The translations under genes were made by a program, and so were the position numbers. From NCBI GenBank assembly GCA_963793305.1, contig CAWBZV010000002.1, positions 736,001 to 800,000 on the forward strand: a DNA stretch of 64,000 nt. The letters are read 5' to 3'. Below are positions 9,381 through 19,969 of this stretch, piece after piece (positions within the stretch are counted from its first letter, which is position 1; the number at the start of each line of letters is the position of its first letter). The notes below the pieces were generated by a model that searched no databases, was not told the DNA's origin, and worked only from the letters and a program-made list of their open reading frames with translations. This DNA comes from an uncultured Gemmatimonadales bacterium. GTDB lineage: Bacteria > Gemmatimonadota > Gemmatimonadetes > Gemmatimonadales > Gemmatimonadaceae.

Positions 9381-10909
9381 GGCGTGCCTTCGTAGACCCA
9401 GTACGGGCGCCCAGACGCCCGTCCAGCGGCATCGGCTTGTGCGCGGGTCGGAAACGGTCCCGTGACCACGTGGTAGATAGTCGTGCCCTCTTGTTTCGTC
9501 TCGATCACGCGTGGATTGCGACCCGGTGCCGTGAGCAGCGTCGCCGCCGATCGGGCTGCGTCGGGACTCAACACTGCCGCAAATTGCACGGTGAACCCCG
9601 GTGCTGCCCGTCCGATGTTCCCGTGCGCGGTGTCGACTATGGCGTGTGACGCGGAAGGATTCAAGGCCGAGTCACGTTTGCTGTTTTCGATGACCCTCCC
9701 GATCGTGTCCGTCGTGTCGCGTTGCACGCCGTTGAACGTGACAGGCTGGTCGAGGCTCGCGGGACGGGGACGGAATCCGTTCCACCGGATCGGAATCCAA
9801 TAGTCTTTTGCCCCGCCGACCACCACGCGGCTTTTGGCGCCGGTCGTGGCGTCTACAAACACGACATCGTTCTTCACCGCCGTCGCCACCTGGCCGTCAG
9901 GTCCGACAAATGGCAGATCGGTCGTCCACGCCGTGTGAATCGTCGCGGCGATATGGTCAGTTCCAACCGCGAGGATCCACGCCGAGTCCCCGGAGAGTGG
10001 GCGGACGAGGATATAACGGCCCAGGGGGTCCATCCGCATGTCGATGGCCGCCCCTGGGATCTCGACGCCGGCGGTCGGACGGTCGGTGTAGCGGTCGATC
10101 ACTTGCAGCGTCGTCGTCGAGTCGAGCGCGACGTACAGCCGGTCCCCGCTGGGCGTCGCGGCGACCGCGCGGATCCTTCGAGGGAAAGAGATCGCGGGGA
10201 CGGCGGCCAGGTCGCGCCCGCGTACGGGCTCGATCGAGGAATCGGTGAGGAGGTATAGCCGTTCGCCCAGCTGCGTGCGGACGACGCGATCGGCCACGGG
10301 CGGCGGCAGGAGGACGGAGTCGAGCAGCCTGGACTCGGGCGGGCGGAGATGCCACAGAACTGTGCCCGCGCCGCCGCGTCGAGCCGCCACGACAATGATC
10401 GACCCATCGGGGCGGGGCGCCACGTCGCGCACGGCCGCTGGGGCGGTGAAGATCCACGGCGTGGCGTCGGTCTGCGTCAGGCGCGCGACCTCGCCCTTGG
10501 CGTCGATTCCATAGACAGCCTGGCCGTCGCTCGTCGCCAGACCCGTCAGCTTGACCGTGGGCGGCGGTGCGATCCCACCCTGGCGCAGATCGAACCGCCG
10601 GAGTGCACCGCGCGCATCGACCACCGCAACCGAGCCGGCATCATCGTCGAACGCCAGCACGCGAGCGACGGCCGGGGCCTTGTCGACCGATGTCCAGATC
10701 GCGGTATCGAGTGCGCCGTAGGCGTACGCGCGCAACGGAGCACCACCTACGCGCGCAACGCGCAGGATGACGGGATCAGGACCTGGCGGTGTGGCGGTCG
10801 TTGTGGAGGCGGCGGAGTGATCCCCCGGCGTCACCGTCGAGGCAGCGCGCCGGTCCGATCGACCGCAAGCGACAATCGCGAGCGCTACCGCCGCGAGCGA
10901 GGTGCGCAC
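9377..10909 (-). CDS. Lipoprotein with beta-propeller-like region and C-terminal SPOR domain
   Basis: Start moved to GTG ~10909 (VRTSLAAVALAIVAC lipobox); ATPSGDRLYVA propeller-like repeats; FTVQFAA...YHVVTGPFPTRAQA SPOR. Confidence 0.72.
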   Translation of the reverse strand: MRTSLAAVALAIVACGRSDRRAASTVTPGDHSAASTTTATPPGPDPVILRVARVGGAPLRAYAYGALDTAIWTSVDKAPAVARVLAFDDDAGSVAVVDARGALRRFDLRQGGIAPPPTVKLTGLATSDGQAVYGIDAKGEVARLTQTDATPWIFTAPAAVRDVAPRPDGSIIVVAARRGGAGTVLWHLRPPESRLLDSVLLPPPVADRVVRTQLGERLYLLTDSSIEPVRGRDLAAVPAISFPRRIRAVAATPSGDRLYVALDSTTTLQVIDRYTDRPTAGVEIPGAAIDMRMDPLGRYILVRPLSGDSAWILAVGTDHIAATIHTAWTTDLPFVGPDGQVATAVKNDVVFVDATTGAKSRVVVGGAKDYWIPIRWNGFRPRPASLDQPVTFNGVQRDTTDTIGRVIENSKRDSALNPSASHAIVDTAHGNIGRAAPGFTVQFAAVLSPDAARSAATLLTAPGRNPRVIETKQEGTTIYHVVTGPFPTRAQADAAGRASGRPYWVYEGTP

Positions 10910-10949
10910 GCGGCGGAAACTACGACACTGACGCAGTCGCTGGTAGGGG

Positions 10950-13900
10950 TCAGAAGCTCGGTCCGATCGACCATCGCCAGTACCCGGAACCGTGGATCGA
11001 GAGTGGGATCGCATAGTCCCATCGCAGCACCGCGATGTTGTAGAGATTGAGCCGAAGCCCCGCGCCATAACTGGCGAGTGGGTAGCGTTGCAGCGCCTCG
11101 TTGTAGTTGCGCGGGCGCTGAACGTAGACCGTCTGTCCCCGGCTCCACGCCATTCCGACGTTGGCGAAGAGGAGGCCGTCGAGCGGCGGAAATACGACGG
11201 GCACGAACCCGACGGGGATGTCGCGCTCGAGCGGGAATCGCAGCTCGATGTTGCCGACGGCGACGCGACTGCCGAACAACTCATTGAGATTACACGAGGC
11301 CGCCTGCCCGACCTGCGGCGTGCAGCCACCGCCGGTGTAGAAGTTGTCGCGGTCGTATCCGCGCAGGAAATAGGGGTTCCCGATGTATTTCGGGATGAAA
11401 TCTTCACCGGCGCCATACGAGAGATCGGCCATGGCGCGCATCGCCAGCGTGACATAGTCGAACACGATCGGTTCATAGCGTCGATAATCGATCGCGTATT
11501 CCATCCAATGCTCGACGCCGAACGCGGGCTCGAACTGCAGTCGATATCTGCTCCCGGAGATGGGTCCCATATACGATTGGAGCGTATTGTCTTGGACGTA
11601 CGCGACGAACGGTTGCAGAAAATCGGCCCCGCCGTGTCCCCGAGTGCTGTCGAGATTGTAGCCTGACGCCTCATTCTGACTCGGCACGAGCGTGCGCCCG
11701 AGATAATACGTCGTCAGATCGATGTTATTGAATCGCGCACCGAGCTCGATTCGCGTGAACCGGTTCAGCGGATACTGCGCGAGGCCGAAGGCGGTGCGGT
11801 AAATTTGCCGCGTCAGCGCCTGCGTCTCTGTCAAGGAATCCGTCTTACTCGTCTGGGCAATCACATCGCCGGTGAGAAGAAAAACGGGCGCTTCAGAAAT
11901 GCCGACCGCGAACTGGATCCGGTGCGCGAGGTTCGCATACGACGCGAACGCGATGGCATCGGCGATGTTGCCATTGAGCTGGCCGGCGAACGAGAGGTGC
12001 TGGTCGCCGAGCAAGTCGCTCATGAAGATGGCGGTGCCGCCAAAGATGCCGCTGCCGTAGGCGTCGGCGCCGTAGCCGATCGTTGGCTCTGCGATGTAGT
12101 CCGCCGTGAAGGACGGATGATACGCAAAATCTTTAAACCGCGTCGTATCAGGCAACACGGCGCCGGCGCTGTCGATTCGCGCCAGCGTCAGCGTGCGCGG
12201 CGGAGCGGCGAGCCGTGTCGAGTCCTGTGGCGCGACGACGGTCGGCATCGCGCGAGGGGCATCGACGGACCACACCTCGTAGTGACCGTTCTCGTAATAC
12301 GAGAATGCGAGGCGATCGGCGTCCCGTGCCCATGAGAGCACCGGACTCCATTCAGTCACACCGTTCACCATCCCAACGACGTTCGTGATCTGACGGCTGC
12401 TCCGGCTCGCCAGATCGTACAGGAAAACGTTGGCCGTCCCCGTACGATCCGAGACGTAGGCGATCGATCCACCGTCCGGCGACCACTGTGGATTGGTGTT
12501 TAATCCAACCTGGTCTGGTAGGACGTCAATCGTTCCGGATGAGAGATCGTAGATCGCGATGACGAGCTTTGGAAAATGCAACTCGGCGAGTGACAACCCC
12601 GGCCCCCGTTCCGTCGCGAAGGCAATGGATTGACCGTCGGGAGACCATTGGGCCTGAATGTCACCGAGGACGTCGTGGGTCAGCGCGCGGAACCCGGTTC
12701 CGGACGTGTCGACGACGTAGAGATCGGTGACGCCGCCCTTGGTGCCGCTGAATGCGATGCGAGAGCCGTCGGGAGACCAGGTGGGCCCGGTGACACCGTC
12801 GACCGGAAGCTGATAGCGCCGTCGCACGGATCGGCGCGCCACATCCAGGACGTACAGCACATCTTTCCCGCCGCGCTGCGCGGTAAATGCCAGGAGGCGG
12901 CCGTCCGGTGAGAACGCGGGTTGCGAGTAGACGATGCGCAACTCCTCGAAGTCCGGGTTCGTCGCCGTGCGCACGAGTCGGGCGATGCGCTTCCCGGTGA
13001 TCGCGTCGCCAAGCCACAGATCCGGGAAGACCTCGCCGCGCAGAAAGCTGCCCGTGGCGACGAAGACGACCCTTGTGCCGTCCGGGGAGAGCACCGGATT
13101 GTAGTAGATGTCGCGGCCGCCCGTGCGCCGCGCCGTCAATACGGGCTTGGCGAATGTGCGAACCCGCTGGCGGTCGGCGACCGACGGCAGGTATGTCTCG
13201 CGGACTGACTGCCGCCAGGCATTGCTCAGGTCGGACTCCGACATCGCCAGCTGCCGCGCGATCGCGTGCTCGACGCCGACGCTCGGGACATTGGCCATGA
13301 TGTCGCCGATGACGTCATCGCCCCAGCGGCGGCCGATGTATTCGAAGACGGACTCGCCGTAGCGATACGGGAAATATCGGTCCGGGCGGTCGGCCAGCTG
13401 CCGGATCGTCGGCAAGCGATCGGTGAGCGCGGCATTGCGCATGATGCTGGCGGTGGCCGAATGCGTGGGGCCGATCGACAGGTACTCGGCCATCCCCTCG
13501 GCGAACCACGCCGGCATGCCGTTTCGGATCAGGGCGGAGAGGCCCCAGCCGGCATGGCCATGATTGTAGAAGTCGTACTGGAACTGGTGCACCATCTCGT
13601 GCGTGACGACGTGCTCGCTCTCGCGCATCGTCGCCAGCAGGAACAGCGTGTTCCGCTGGCGCATGGCATTGGTGACGCCCTCGACGCCCTCGCCGAGGTC
13701 GCCGAACAGGTTGTTCTCGGCGAAGTCCGCCCTCGACGCGTAGACGATAATCGGCTTTCGCTCTCGAAACTCGTGGCCGAAGACTTTCGAGAGTCGCTGA
13801 TACGACCGCTCGGCCATCCGCGCGAGATCGAACGCGGCTTCGCGCTCCTCGGGATAGTAGTGGACCGTGAAATGCTCGGTCTGCAGTACTCGCCAGTGGA

Positions 13901-13990
13901 AGTGCCGATACTCGACCTGGTTCTGGCCAAAGTACTCTTGCGCGCCCAACGCGGTGCTGACACCGGCCAACGCCAGCGCCAGTACTAGGG
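10950..13990 (-). CDS. Omp85/BamA-TamA family protein fused to an HExxH peptidase domain and TolB-like (PD40) propeller; start uncertain
   Basis: YFGQNQV, HEMVH + WFAEGMAEY, repeated WSPDG, LRGY, GNIELRFP, C-terminal WSIGPSF. Confidence 0.85.
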
Positions 13991-14348
13991 TGCCGCTTGT
14001 TCGGCTCCAGCCGCGACGAGCTCCGCGTCCCCCCACAGTCGCTCCAGTTGGTAGAACGACCGGACGGTGGGATGAAACACGTGGACCACGAAGTCCACAT
14101 AGTCCAGCAAGACCCACCGTCCCTGCTGCATGCCTTCGACATGATAGACGGGCATGCCCTCTTTCTTCAGCTCCGCCACCACATGCTCCGCGACACTACG
14201 GACATGGACGTTCAGAAGTTCCGCTGGCGATGACGAAGAAATCCGTCATGTCCGAGACGGGCTGAAGGTTGAGGATCACGACATCCTGGGCCTTGCGGTC
14301 GAGACAGAGGGCGGCGGCGCGCCGCGCGGTAGGTTCGGACTGCGTCAC
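13985..14348 (-). CDS. rsfS: Ribosome silencing factor RsfS (frameshift at ~14211, probably a sequence error)
   Basis: KAQDVVILNL..DFFVIASGTS joins DVHVRSVAE..WVLLDYVDFVVHVF..RSFYQLERLW after removing one base. Confidence 0.92.
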
Positions 14349-14349
14349 G

Positions 14350-14793
14350 CTATGCCTTGATGACCCACACTTTGATTTCGGGACGAACATCGGCATGCAG
14401 GCGGATCGGCACCCGGTACACGCCGAGTGCGCGAATCGGCTCGTGGAGATCGACCTGCCGCTTCTCGATCACGTACCCCTGACCCTCGAGTTGGTGCGCG
14501 ATGTCGCTCGCGGTGACCGACCCAAACAGCTTGCCCTCTTCCCCGACGCGGGCCGAGAAGGTCAAGGAGACCTGGCCCAGCTTGTCCGCGACACCCTGCG
14601 CGGAGTCACGGCGGGCCGACTCGGCCGCCTCCAGCCGCTGACGCTCCTGCTCGATGCGCTTCTTGTACCCGTCTGTCGCGGGATACGCGAGGCCGCGCGG
14701 CAACAGGTAGTTCCGGCCGAAACCGTCGGAGACCTTCACGATGTCGCCGGGATGCCCGACGTTCTCAACTGCTTGTCTGAGAATTACCTCCAC
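14350..14793 (-). CDS. rplI: 50S ribosomal protein L9
   Basis: MEVIL, VKVSDGFGRNYLLPRGLA, GKLFGSVT. Confidence 0.97.
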   Translation of the reverse strand: MEVILRQAVENVGHPGDIVKVSDGFGRNYLLPRGLAYPATDGYKKRIEQERQRLEAAESARRDSAQGVADKLGQVSLTFSARVGEEGKLFGSVTASDIAHQLEGQGYVIEKRQVDLHEPIRALGVYRVPIRLHADVRPEIKVWVIKA

Positions 14794-14809
14794 GTTCCTC
14801 TCCTCGTAA

Positions 14810-15856
14810 TCAGGTAGTAGGGCGAGCCTTCGCCCGCCAATCTTCCCACGTATCGCCGAGCCCGATGAGGCCGAGCCCGAGCGCGAATGCGGGCGCGAGC
14901 AGCCCCGCGAGTAACGCCACGGCGAGCACCGTCACCAGCCCCGGCCGCGCCGACCGAAGGAACCAGGCCAGCACTCCGGTCCCCCGTACTGCGTACAGCG
15001 TGCCGAAGAACAACGTGAGGTTCGCACCCACGTTTCGCCACGCGTGGAGCGTCGGCACGACCAGAAACACGATCCCGACGATCACGCCCCAAACCAACTG
15101 ATCGTTGAACCGGAAGTCCCGCAGTCGGGCCAATGGCAGCCCAATGCGGGCCCGGCTCAGCCGATGATACAATGCCCACGCCAGCGCGAGCGCGCACAGC
15201 GACTCCAGCAGCAGTAACGCGGGGAAGAACCGCTCACTTTCCCGCGCCGGCACCGTCGTGACCAGCTCGCGCATCGCCTGCTGCATCTCTTCGGCGCTGG
15301 CGCGACCCTCCGGTCCCACTGCCGTGAGCGCGTTCTGGGACGCCTTCACCGACTGCTGCCACTCCTGCTCGGCGATCGCCGTTCGCCGATTGATCTCGCC
15401 CTCGATCGTCCGTGTCACGGTCGCCGCGGGACGCGCGGCGCCGAGAAATGCGACCGCCGCTAGAGACAACGCAACCACGAGCGTCACGAGCGCGCGCGTG
15501 AAGAACCGCGCCGAGGGAACCGCCAAGGACACGAACCCGAAGGCCGCGGCCAGCAGCACGGCCCAGCCGCGCTCGAGCTCCACATACGCGACGCTCACGC
15601 CAGCCGGCGCGGGCGCCGAGAACAGTGCCCCAACGGCGAGGAGTACCCAGGCGGCCGCGATCAGGAAGCGACCTCCCGAGACCCAGCCGACGAGCGCGCA
15701 CGCTGCCAGCAGCGGCACGAGCAGCACGACGGGCTGCGCGATGGGTCCGAGGACCTGTAGCACCGGTGTGGCCGGCAGCAGGAGAAAGCTGGCCAGCGCC
15801 GATAGAAACAGCACCCACCCGTGTTCACGCGGGGCGGCTGCCTCACCGGTGCTCAT
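14810..15856 (-). CDS. YybS/DUF2232 family membrane protein
   Basis: Multi-TM; ends LGLIGLGDTWEDWR; typical position between rpsR and rplI. Confidence 0.8.
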   Translation of the reverse strand: MSTGEAAAPREHGWVLFLSALASFLLLPATPVLQVLGPIAQPVVLLVPLLAACALVGWVSGGRFLIAAAWVLLAVGALFSAPAPAGVSVAYVELERGWAVLLAAAFGFVSLAVPSARFFTRALVTLVVALSLAAVAFLGAARPAATVTRTIEGEINRRTAIAEQEWQQSVKASQNALTAVGPEGRASAEEMQQAMRELVTTVPARESERFFPALLLLESLCALALAWALYHRLSRARIGLPLARLRDFRFNDQLVWGVIVGIVFLVVPTLHAWRNVGANLTLFFGTLYAVRGTGVLAWFLRSARPGLVTVLAVALLAGLLAPAFALGLGLIGLGDTWEDWRAKARPTT

Positions 15857-15859
15857 GCG

Positions 15860-16090
15860 TTACGCCGTGTGCCCCTTGATGTACGGGATGAGCGCGAGGA
15901 AGCGGGCGCGTTTGATCGCGGTCGACAGCTGACGCTGATGCCGCGCGCACGTGCCACTCAGCCGACTCGGCAGAATCTTCCCGTGGTCCGTGATGAAGCG
16001 ACCGAGCGTGCGATCATCCTTGTAATCAATGAACCGCACACGCGTCTCGCAGAACGGACATGACTTCTGTTGCCGGCGCATGGTTGTCAT
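15860..16090 (-). CDS. rpsR: 30S ribosomal protein S18
   Basis: [43 protein letters not shown]. Confidence 0.98.
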   Translation of the reverse strand: MTTMRRQQKSCPFCETRVRFIDYKDDRTLGRFITDHGKILPSRLSGTCARHQRQLSTAIKRARFLALIPYIKGHTA

Positions 16091-16459
16091 CTATTCCTCG
16101 TCGTCATCGTCATCGTCACCACGACGGTTGCGCGCGGCTACCAGATCCTCGTCGGACATTGGAGGCGCACCGACCTCGTGCTCGAACAGCGTGATCAAAT
16201 AGCGGACGACGCCCTCGTCGAGCTTGAGCGCCCGCTCGAACTCCGGCAGCACCGTGGGCTCGACGTTGAACCGGGCAACGACATAGTACCCGGTCTCGCG
16301 CGGTCCGATTGTGTAAGCAAGTTGCCGGCGACCCCAATGGTCGACTTTCATCTCGCCTGCCGCGTGCAGCAATGCGTGTAGGCGATTGAGCTTCTCGGCA
16401 ATGGCGGTGTCTTCGAGCGTTGAATCGAAGATGTAGACCGCCTCGTATTCACGTGGCAT
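16091..16459 (-). CDS. rpsF: 30S ribosomal protein S6
   Basis: MPREYEAVYIF, WGRRQLAYTI, VVRYL; GGGAGG SD upstream. Confidence 0.96.
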   Translation of the reverse strand: MPREYEAVYIFDSTLEDTAIAEKLNRLHALLHAAGEMKVDHWGRRQLAYTIGPRETGYYVVARFNVEPTVLPEFERALKLDEGVVRYLITLFEHEVGAPPMSDEDLVAARNRRGDDDDDDEE

Positions 16460-16465
16460 CGCGAG

Positions 16466-16521
16466 CCTCCCTGTGGTCTCATGAGCCGCCCCTCGCGGGC
16501 TCGTGACCGCGAGAGGAGGGT
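16466..16521 (-). promoter_or_regulatory. Structured rpsF leader (candidate S6:S18 autoregulatory element)
   Basis: Nested pairings on the - strand: CCTCC/GGAGG (covers SD), GGTC/GACC, GAGCC/GGCTC, CCC-GCGA-GGG. Confidence 0.5.
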
Positions 16522-16547
16522 AAGTTGTCGGAACTCCGTAACTTAAC

Positions 16548-17648
16548 TTAGACGTTGAAACGGAACAACATGACGTCGCCGTCCTGGACGACGTACTCTT
16601 TGCCCTCGGATCGCACGACGCCTTTGTCGCGGGCCCCTTTCCAGCCGCTATTGGCGACGAACGCGTCGTAGGCGACCGTCTCGGCGCGGATAAAACCGCG
16701 TTCGAAGTCCGTATGTATGACGCCAGCGGCAACCGGAGCGGTGTCGCCGCGATGGATCGTCCAGGCCCGCACCTCCTGCTCGCCGGCCGTGAAGTATGTC
16801 TCGAGGCCGAGGAGCTCGTAGCTGGCGCGGATCAGGCGGTCGAGACCGGCGGACTCTAGGCCAAGGGACGCGAGGAACTCCGTGCGCTCCTCTGGCGAGA
16901 GCTCCGCCAGCTCGGCCTCGATGCGCGCCGAGAACGGGACAACGTCGGCGTGCTCGCCCGATGCCTTGATTGCCTCTCGGAGCGCCGTGAGATACTTGCC
17001 CTCGTGCCCCGCCAGTTCGCTCTCGGTCACGTTGGCGGCGTAGAGCACGGGCTTGACTGTGAGCAATGCCAACGGGGCCAGTATCGCGCGCTGTTCCGTC
17101 GACAGATGCAATTCCCACAGGGGCTGGCCCTTCTGCAGCGCCGCGTACGCCACTTCGAGAGTCGGAAGCTCGGCCAGTGCGGCCTTGTCGTTCGACTTTG
17201 CGCTGCGCCGCGTCTTGTCCAGCCGCTTCTCGACGACCGAGAGATCGGCCAGCGCCAATTCGAACTCGATGACCTCGCGATCGCGCACGGGATCGACCGC
17301 GCCCATGACGTGCGTGACGTCGGGGTCGTCAAAAGCCCGCACGACGTGCACGATGGCATTGGTCTCGCGGATATTCGCGAGGAACTTGTTGCCGAGTCCC
17401 TCGCCCTCGGATGCGCCCTTGACGAGTCCGGCGATGTCGACGAATTGCACGACAGCCGGCACGACTTTTTTTGGATGCACGATGTCGGCGAGAACCGGAA
17501 GGCGAGCGTCGGGTACTTCGACCATGCCGACGTTCGGCTCGACGGTGCAGAACGGATAGTTCGCTGCCTCGGCCTTGGCCGCGGTCAGTGCATTGAACAA
17601 CGTCGATTTGCCGACGTTGGGGAGTCCAACGATTCCAAGTTTAAGCAT
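16548..17648 (-). CDS. ychF: Redox-regulated ATPase YchF
   Basis: GIVGLPNVGKSTLFNALT, NYPFCT, DIAGLVKGAS, EYVVQDGDVMLFRFNV. Confidence 0.98.
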   Translation of the reverse strand: MLKLGIVGLPNVGKSTLFNALTAAKAEAANYPFCTVEPNVGMVEVPDARLPVLADIVHPKKVVPAVVQFVDIAGLVKGASEGEGLGNKFLANIRETNAIVHVVRAFDDPDVTHVMGAVDPVRDREVIEFELALADLSVVEKRLDKTRRSAKSNDKAALAELPTLEVAYAALQKGQPLWELHLSTEQRAILAPLALLTVKPVLYAANVTESELAGHEGKYLTALREAIKASGEHADVVPFSARIEAELAELSPEERTEFLASLGLESAGLDRLIRASYELLGLETYFTAGEQEVRAWTIHRGDTAPVAAGVIHTDFERGFIRAETVAYDAFVANSGWKGARDKGVVRSEGKEYVVQDGDVMLFRFNV

Positions 17649-18204
17649 TGTATTTGTTCATGGCGCCGCCGATGCCATCCCGCAGCCACGTTTCGATGGC
17701 AGCCTGATAGTCAGGCATGCGCTCGATGATCACGGCCCGCTCGGCCTTTCCGAACGGTCCCAGCACGAAGTCAGCCAGGTCGCCGTGCTCATGCTCAGGC
17801 GCAATGCCAATGCGCATACGGGCGTACTCGCGCGAGCCGATCTCGTGCTCGATGCTTTTGAGACCATTGTGGCCGCCCGCGCTGCCATCCGCTCGGAGCC
17901 GAAGCTTGCCGAGTGGGAGCTGGACCTCGTCGACCACCACGAGAAGGTCGGTAACGGGCGACCAGAATGCCTTGCGCAAGTACGGCTTGAGAACGGCGCC
18001 GCTCAGGTTCATGTACGTCAGAGGCTTGATAAGTCGGGTGCGGATAGGGCCGACCGTGCCGGACGCGACGAGGGCGTCGCCATCCTTTTTCCAACGGTCG
18101 AAATGCCAAACGTCGGCTAGGTGGTCGACCACCCACCAGCCGACGTTGTGACGCGTGGCTTCGTATTCTCGCCCCGGGTTCCCGAGGCCGAGGATCACTT
18201 TCAG
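17641..18204 (-). CDS. pth: Peptidyl-tRNA hydrolase (start CTG 18204 or GTG 18198)
   Basis: GLGNPG, TRHNVG, KPLTYMNLSG, GGHNGLKSI. Confidence 0.96.
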   Translation of the reverse strand: MKVILGLGNPGREYEATRHNVGWWVVDHLADVWHFDRWKKDGDALVASGTVGPIRTRLIKPLTYMNLSGAVLKPYLRKAFWSPVTDLLVVVDEVQLPLGKLRLRADGSAGGHNGLKSIEHEIGSREYARMRIGIAPEHEHGDLADFVLGPFGKAERAVIIERMPDYQAAIETWLRDGIGGAMNKYNA

Positions 18205-18207
18205 TGG

Positions 18208-18876
18208 CTATTTCTCCTCGGTCTCCTCATCCGTCTTCTTCGCGCGGATCACTTCGGGCTCCGCTGCCGGTGCCACTTCGGCGCCCTCGGCTGCCGGCGC
18301 CGCGGCTTCCTCGATCACCGCACGCGGGGCCGAGACGACGACGATCGTCGTGTCGCCTTCGGTAAGGGCGGTCACGCCCGCCGGGAGCGTGAGGTCGCTG
18401 ACGTGGACCGACTCGCCGATCTTCATGTTCTCGACGTTGACGTTGATGTGGTTCGGCATGTTCACCGGGTCGACCTCGATTTCGAGGTCACGCAGCGTCT
18501 GGTCCATCACGCCGCCCTCGAGGCGAACGCCTTCGGGTATGCCGACCAGCACGATCGGGATGCGTACAAAGACCGTTTCGCCGGCGACCAGTTCCTGAAA
18601 GTCGACGTGGAGATACTCGCGCTTGAACGGATGACGCTGGATCTCGCGGATCAGCGTCCGCGACGTCTTGCCGCCGACCGCCAGCTCAATCACCGTGCTC
18701 TCGGCCGAGATGTGCTCGAGAAGCTTCTCGAAGTCGCGCGTGTTGATCGCGAGCGCCTGCGGCTCTCTCGCATGGCCGTAGATAATCCCCGGAATCTGCC
18801 CGGCCGCCCGCATTTTTCTCGCGACGCCCTTCCCGGTTCCCGTTCTCGGCGTCGCTGTCAACTGTGCTGTTGCCAT
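18208..18876 (-). CDS. rplY: 50S ribosomal protein L25/Ctc
   Basis: GKGVARKMR..IPGIIYG, QRHP..HVDF, IGESVHVSDL. Confidence 0.96.
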   Translation of the reverse strand: MATAQLTATPRTGTGKGVARKMRAAGQIPGIIYGHAREPQALAINTRDFEKLLEHISAESTVIELAVGGKTSRTLIREIQRHPFKREYLHVDFQELVAGETVFVRIPIVLVGIPEGVRLEGGVMDQTLRDLEIEVDPVNMPNHINVNVENMKIGESVHVSDLTLPAGVTALTEGDTTIVVVSAPRAVIEEAAAPAAEGAEVAPAAEPEVIRAKKTDEETEEK

Positions 18877-18971
18877 CCCAATATCTCCTCGCGCCTTCGG
18901 CGCTTCGTCGCCTTGCTCCTACCTGTCCCACATTCTGCGTGCACGCGAAGCGTGCCGCAGTCTAGTCTTTT

Positions 18972-19925
18972 CTAGTCGAACAACGAGCTAACCGACTGAT
19001 CGAAATGCGTGTACCGAATAGCCTTGGCGAGTAACTCGCCGACCGAGAGCACCTTGAGCGACGGAAACCGCCGCTCCGGTGGCGTCTCGACCGAGTCGGT
19101 CACCGTCACCTCGGTGATCGGCGCGCCGGCGAGCCGTTCGGGCGCGGGGCCCGAGAGCAGCGCGTGCGTCGCGCAGACGAACACCTCGTTCGCGCCAAGC
19201 CGCTTGAGGGCCCGCGCCGCCTCGGTCACCGTTCCCGCCGTATCAATCATGTCATCGACGATGAGGCAATCCCGGTCCTCGACTTCACCGACAACATTGA
19301 CAACCTCGGCGACGTTAGCCTTCGGTCGCCGTTTATCGATGATGGCCAGGGTCCCGTCGAGCCGCTTCGCAAACCCTCGGGCCATCTTGGCCGCGCCAAC
19401 GTCAGGCGCGACCACAACCAGATCCTTCAAGTTTTTCTTGCGATAATGCGAGACAAACACGGGCGCCGCGTACAGATGGTCGACCGGCACGTCGAAAAAC
19501 CCTTGCAACTGATGTTGGTGGAAGTCGAGGCCCAAAACCCGGTCCGCACCAGCGGTCTGGATCATGTTCGCCATCAACTTCGCCCCAATCGCCACCCGCG
19601 GCTGATCCTTTCGATCCTGCCGCGAGTAGCCATAGTACGGCATGACGCACGTAATGCGCGCCGCGGACGCCCGCCGGGCGGCATTGATCAACAGCATCAA
19701 CTCGAGGACGTTGTCGGCCGGAGGGTTCGTCGGCTGGACGATAAAGATGTCCGAGCCTCGGATGTTCTCGTCTATCCGCACAAAAATTTCCCCGTCCGTA
19801 AACCGCGACGAGGTCACCTTGCACAGCTCAACGCCAAGGCAGCGGCCAATCTCATTGGCCAGGGGGCGGTTTGCCGTCCCCGAGAGGAGCTTGAAGCCCT
19901 GCCGCGGTACCCCAGTGCCGTCCAT
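18972..19925 (-). CDS. prs: Ribose-phosphate pyrophosphokinase
   Basis: FTDGE, PYYGYSRQDRK, PDVG, VDDMIDTAGT. Confidence 0.97.
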   Translation of the reverse strand: MDGTGVPRQGFKLLSGTANRPLANEIGRCLGVELCKVTSSRFTDGEIFVRIDENIRGSDIFIVQPTNPPADNVLELMLLINAARRASAARITCVMPYYGYSRQDRKDQPRVAIGAKLMANMIQTAGADRVLGLDFHQHQLQGFFDVPVDHLYAAPVFVSHYRKKNLKDLVVVAPDVGAAKMARGFAKRLDGTLAIIDKRRPKANVAEVVNVVGEVEDRDCLIVDDMIDTAGTVTEAARALKRLGANEVFVCATHALLSGPAPERLAGAPITEVTVTDSVETPPERRFPSLKVLSVGELLAKAIRYTHFDQSVSSLFD

Positions 19926-19969
19926 ATCCAGAGCCTTTTAAGCTAGATCTCCCCACCAAGCCCGTCAAC

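Noticed and set aside
10910..11674. N-terminal extension of the 765-aa ORF
   Set aside because: It overlaps the Omp85 gene in another frame; the lipoprotein signal begins near 10909.
19926..19969. att repeat of the tRNA-Gln 3' end at the far island boundary
   Set aside because: No matching sequence found by eye.
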